Part shown: positions 62,886 to 64,000 of the stretch, piece by piece
Layout: every line of letters starts with the position of its first letter
Position numbering within the stretch: position 1 is the first letter of the stretch
NCBI GenBank assembly: GCA_963804165.1
Contig: CAWDPO010000023.1
Location: 204,967-268,966 of the forward strand
Direction: 5' to 3'
Origin: an uncultured delta proteobacterium
GTDB lineage: Bacteria; Desulfobacterota; Binatia; UBA9968
Length of the DNA: 64,000 nucleotides
Position numbers and translations under genes: made by a program
Notes under the pieces: generated by a model
The model's input: the letters and a program-made list of their open reading frames with translations, nothing else
Told to the model about the DNA's origin: nothing
Databases searched by the model: none

Positions 62886-63838
62886 TTATTTGATCACCCT
62901 GTCCGCTCTCGCCAGCACGTTCGGCGGGATCGTTAAGCCAATCTCCTTAGCCGCTTTCAAATTGATAACGAACTCGAATTTTTTCGGCTGTTTCACCGGA
63001 AGATTGCCAGGCTTTCCACCCTTCAGAATTTTGTCCACGTACGTAGCCGCGCGGCGGTCCAAATCGGCGCGGTTTGCCGCATAGGTCATCAGCCCGCCCT
63101 CTTCCACAAACTCGCTCCGGGGTAAGCCGCCGGGAGCCGGTTCTTTACGGCATATTGAGGCAACAGTGCTGGCTGAGGGTTAAACACAGGACCTGCAAGT
63201 ACGAAAACCGCTTCAGCCCGCGCCTTGCTCGCCTCTCGGAACGCAGTCTCAAAATCCTTAACACTTAGTATGTCCAAGTATTGAAGCTGCACCCCGAGTG
63301 TTGCTGCAGCGCGTTCGGTCTCTCTTAACTGTATACCGTTCCCCGCGTTGGCCGATTGCCCAAGCACCGCCATACGGGAGAGCTTGGGTAGAATTTCTCT
63401 GAGCAACTCAAGCCGCTTTCCAGCCAAGTCCGCAGTCATTGACGATAAGCCGGTGATATTTCCCGCAGGTCGGGCCAGAGTGGTCACGGGTCCGTTTCCA
63501 ACCGGATCGGGATCCTGCAAAAACACTATGGGAATCGTGGTCGTCGCTTCTTTGGCGGCGCGTGTTGCTGTCGCGCCACCGGTGACGATCACGTCCACCT
63601 TGAGACGCACGAGCTCGGCCACGCGGGTAACGAAAGTTTTCTCCGCGCTTGGATATATAATCACTAAGTTTTTTCCTTCTACGTAACCGAGATCGCGCAG
63701 GCCCTGGCCGAATGCGCCCGACTTGGTGGAGCTAAGGTAGCCTATCCGGTAGACTTTTGGCTGCTGCGCCTCGGCGATCATCGCAACAGCCAGCAGCATC
63801 ACCGCAAACAGGATTGATGTCGCCGCAGCTTTCTTCAT
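62886..63838 (-). CDS. ABC transporter substrate-binding protein (ABC_sub_bind type); frameshift near 63115
   Basis: Signal peptide, ELVRLKVDVIVT, DPDPV, LARPAGNITG, GGLMTY, YVDKILKG. Confidence 0.88.
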
Positions 63839-63949
63839 TGCGCTCCTCATCCTTGCGGCTTTTATCACGGATACGGAAGCTGAGAAAGGTGTTGTTTACG
63901 ACAGAAAGAAAACCAGAGTCATCGAGGGGAAAAAGGCTAATTTCGACGT

Positions 63950-64000
63950 AGGATTGAACTGAACGACGCTTCAATGCGATGTTGGGGAAGATTGGATTGA
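63950..64000. repeat. palindromic site, cut by the window edge
   Basis: AGGATTGAACTGAACGACGCTTCAATG...GATTGA; the last bases match the start of the right half. Confidence 0.88.

Noticed and set aside
1-63838. Numerous frameshifts as programmed frameshifting, phase variation or mass pseudogenisation
   Set aside because: Single indels are spread over unrelated genes (TBDR, pilW, wzm/wzt, GTs, CaCA, TetR) with otherwise intact coding. Long-read or consensus error is the simpler explanation; read-level checks are needed.
35707-64000. Palindromic repeats as a CRISPR array
   Set aside because: Spacing is 0.5-6 kb and contains whole genes, the repeats are degenerate, and there are no cas genes.
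35707-64000. Palindromic repeats as simple rho-independent terminators
   Set aside because: There is no U-tract, the stem is AT-rich with a conserved bubble, and half and collapsed forms exist. A secondary terminator role is not excluded.

Overview
GC-rich bacterial DNA. The gene content resembles Deltaproteobacteria/Binatia, but that is an inference. The left half (1-35.3 kb) looks chromosomal. It holds a TonB/PiuC/PepSY iron-uptake operon, tatD-metG-holB-tmk, two tandem minor-pilin (FimT-PilV-PilW-PilX-like) clusters with pilD, and a surface-glycan cluster (sulfotransferase, methyltransferases, glycosyltransferases, Wzm/Wzt, GT-C). At ~35.3 kb a probable displaced tmRNA 3' end plus terminator marks the edge of an accessory island that runs past the window end. 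The island is punctuated by 11 full, half or collapsed copies of a ~70-bp imperfect palindrome (AGGATTGAACTGAAcgacgCTTCA...TGAAGgagaaTTCAGTTCAATCCT) with attC-like geometry but non-canonical boxes. These sites bracket ~1.08-kb units carrying ABC substrate-binding-protein paralogs. Two near-identical 2.5-kb elements (tyrosine recombinase + IS91-like Y2/HUH transposase) are inserted at the same ATT in two different copies of the palindrome. The island also has one canonical integron cassette (no intI in the window), an IS1182/IS5-like element and a stand-alone LigD ligase domain. Many single-indel frameshifts probably reflect sequencing error, so pseudogene calls are tentative.
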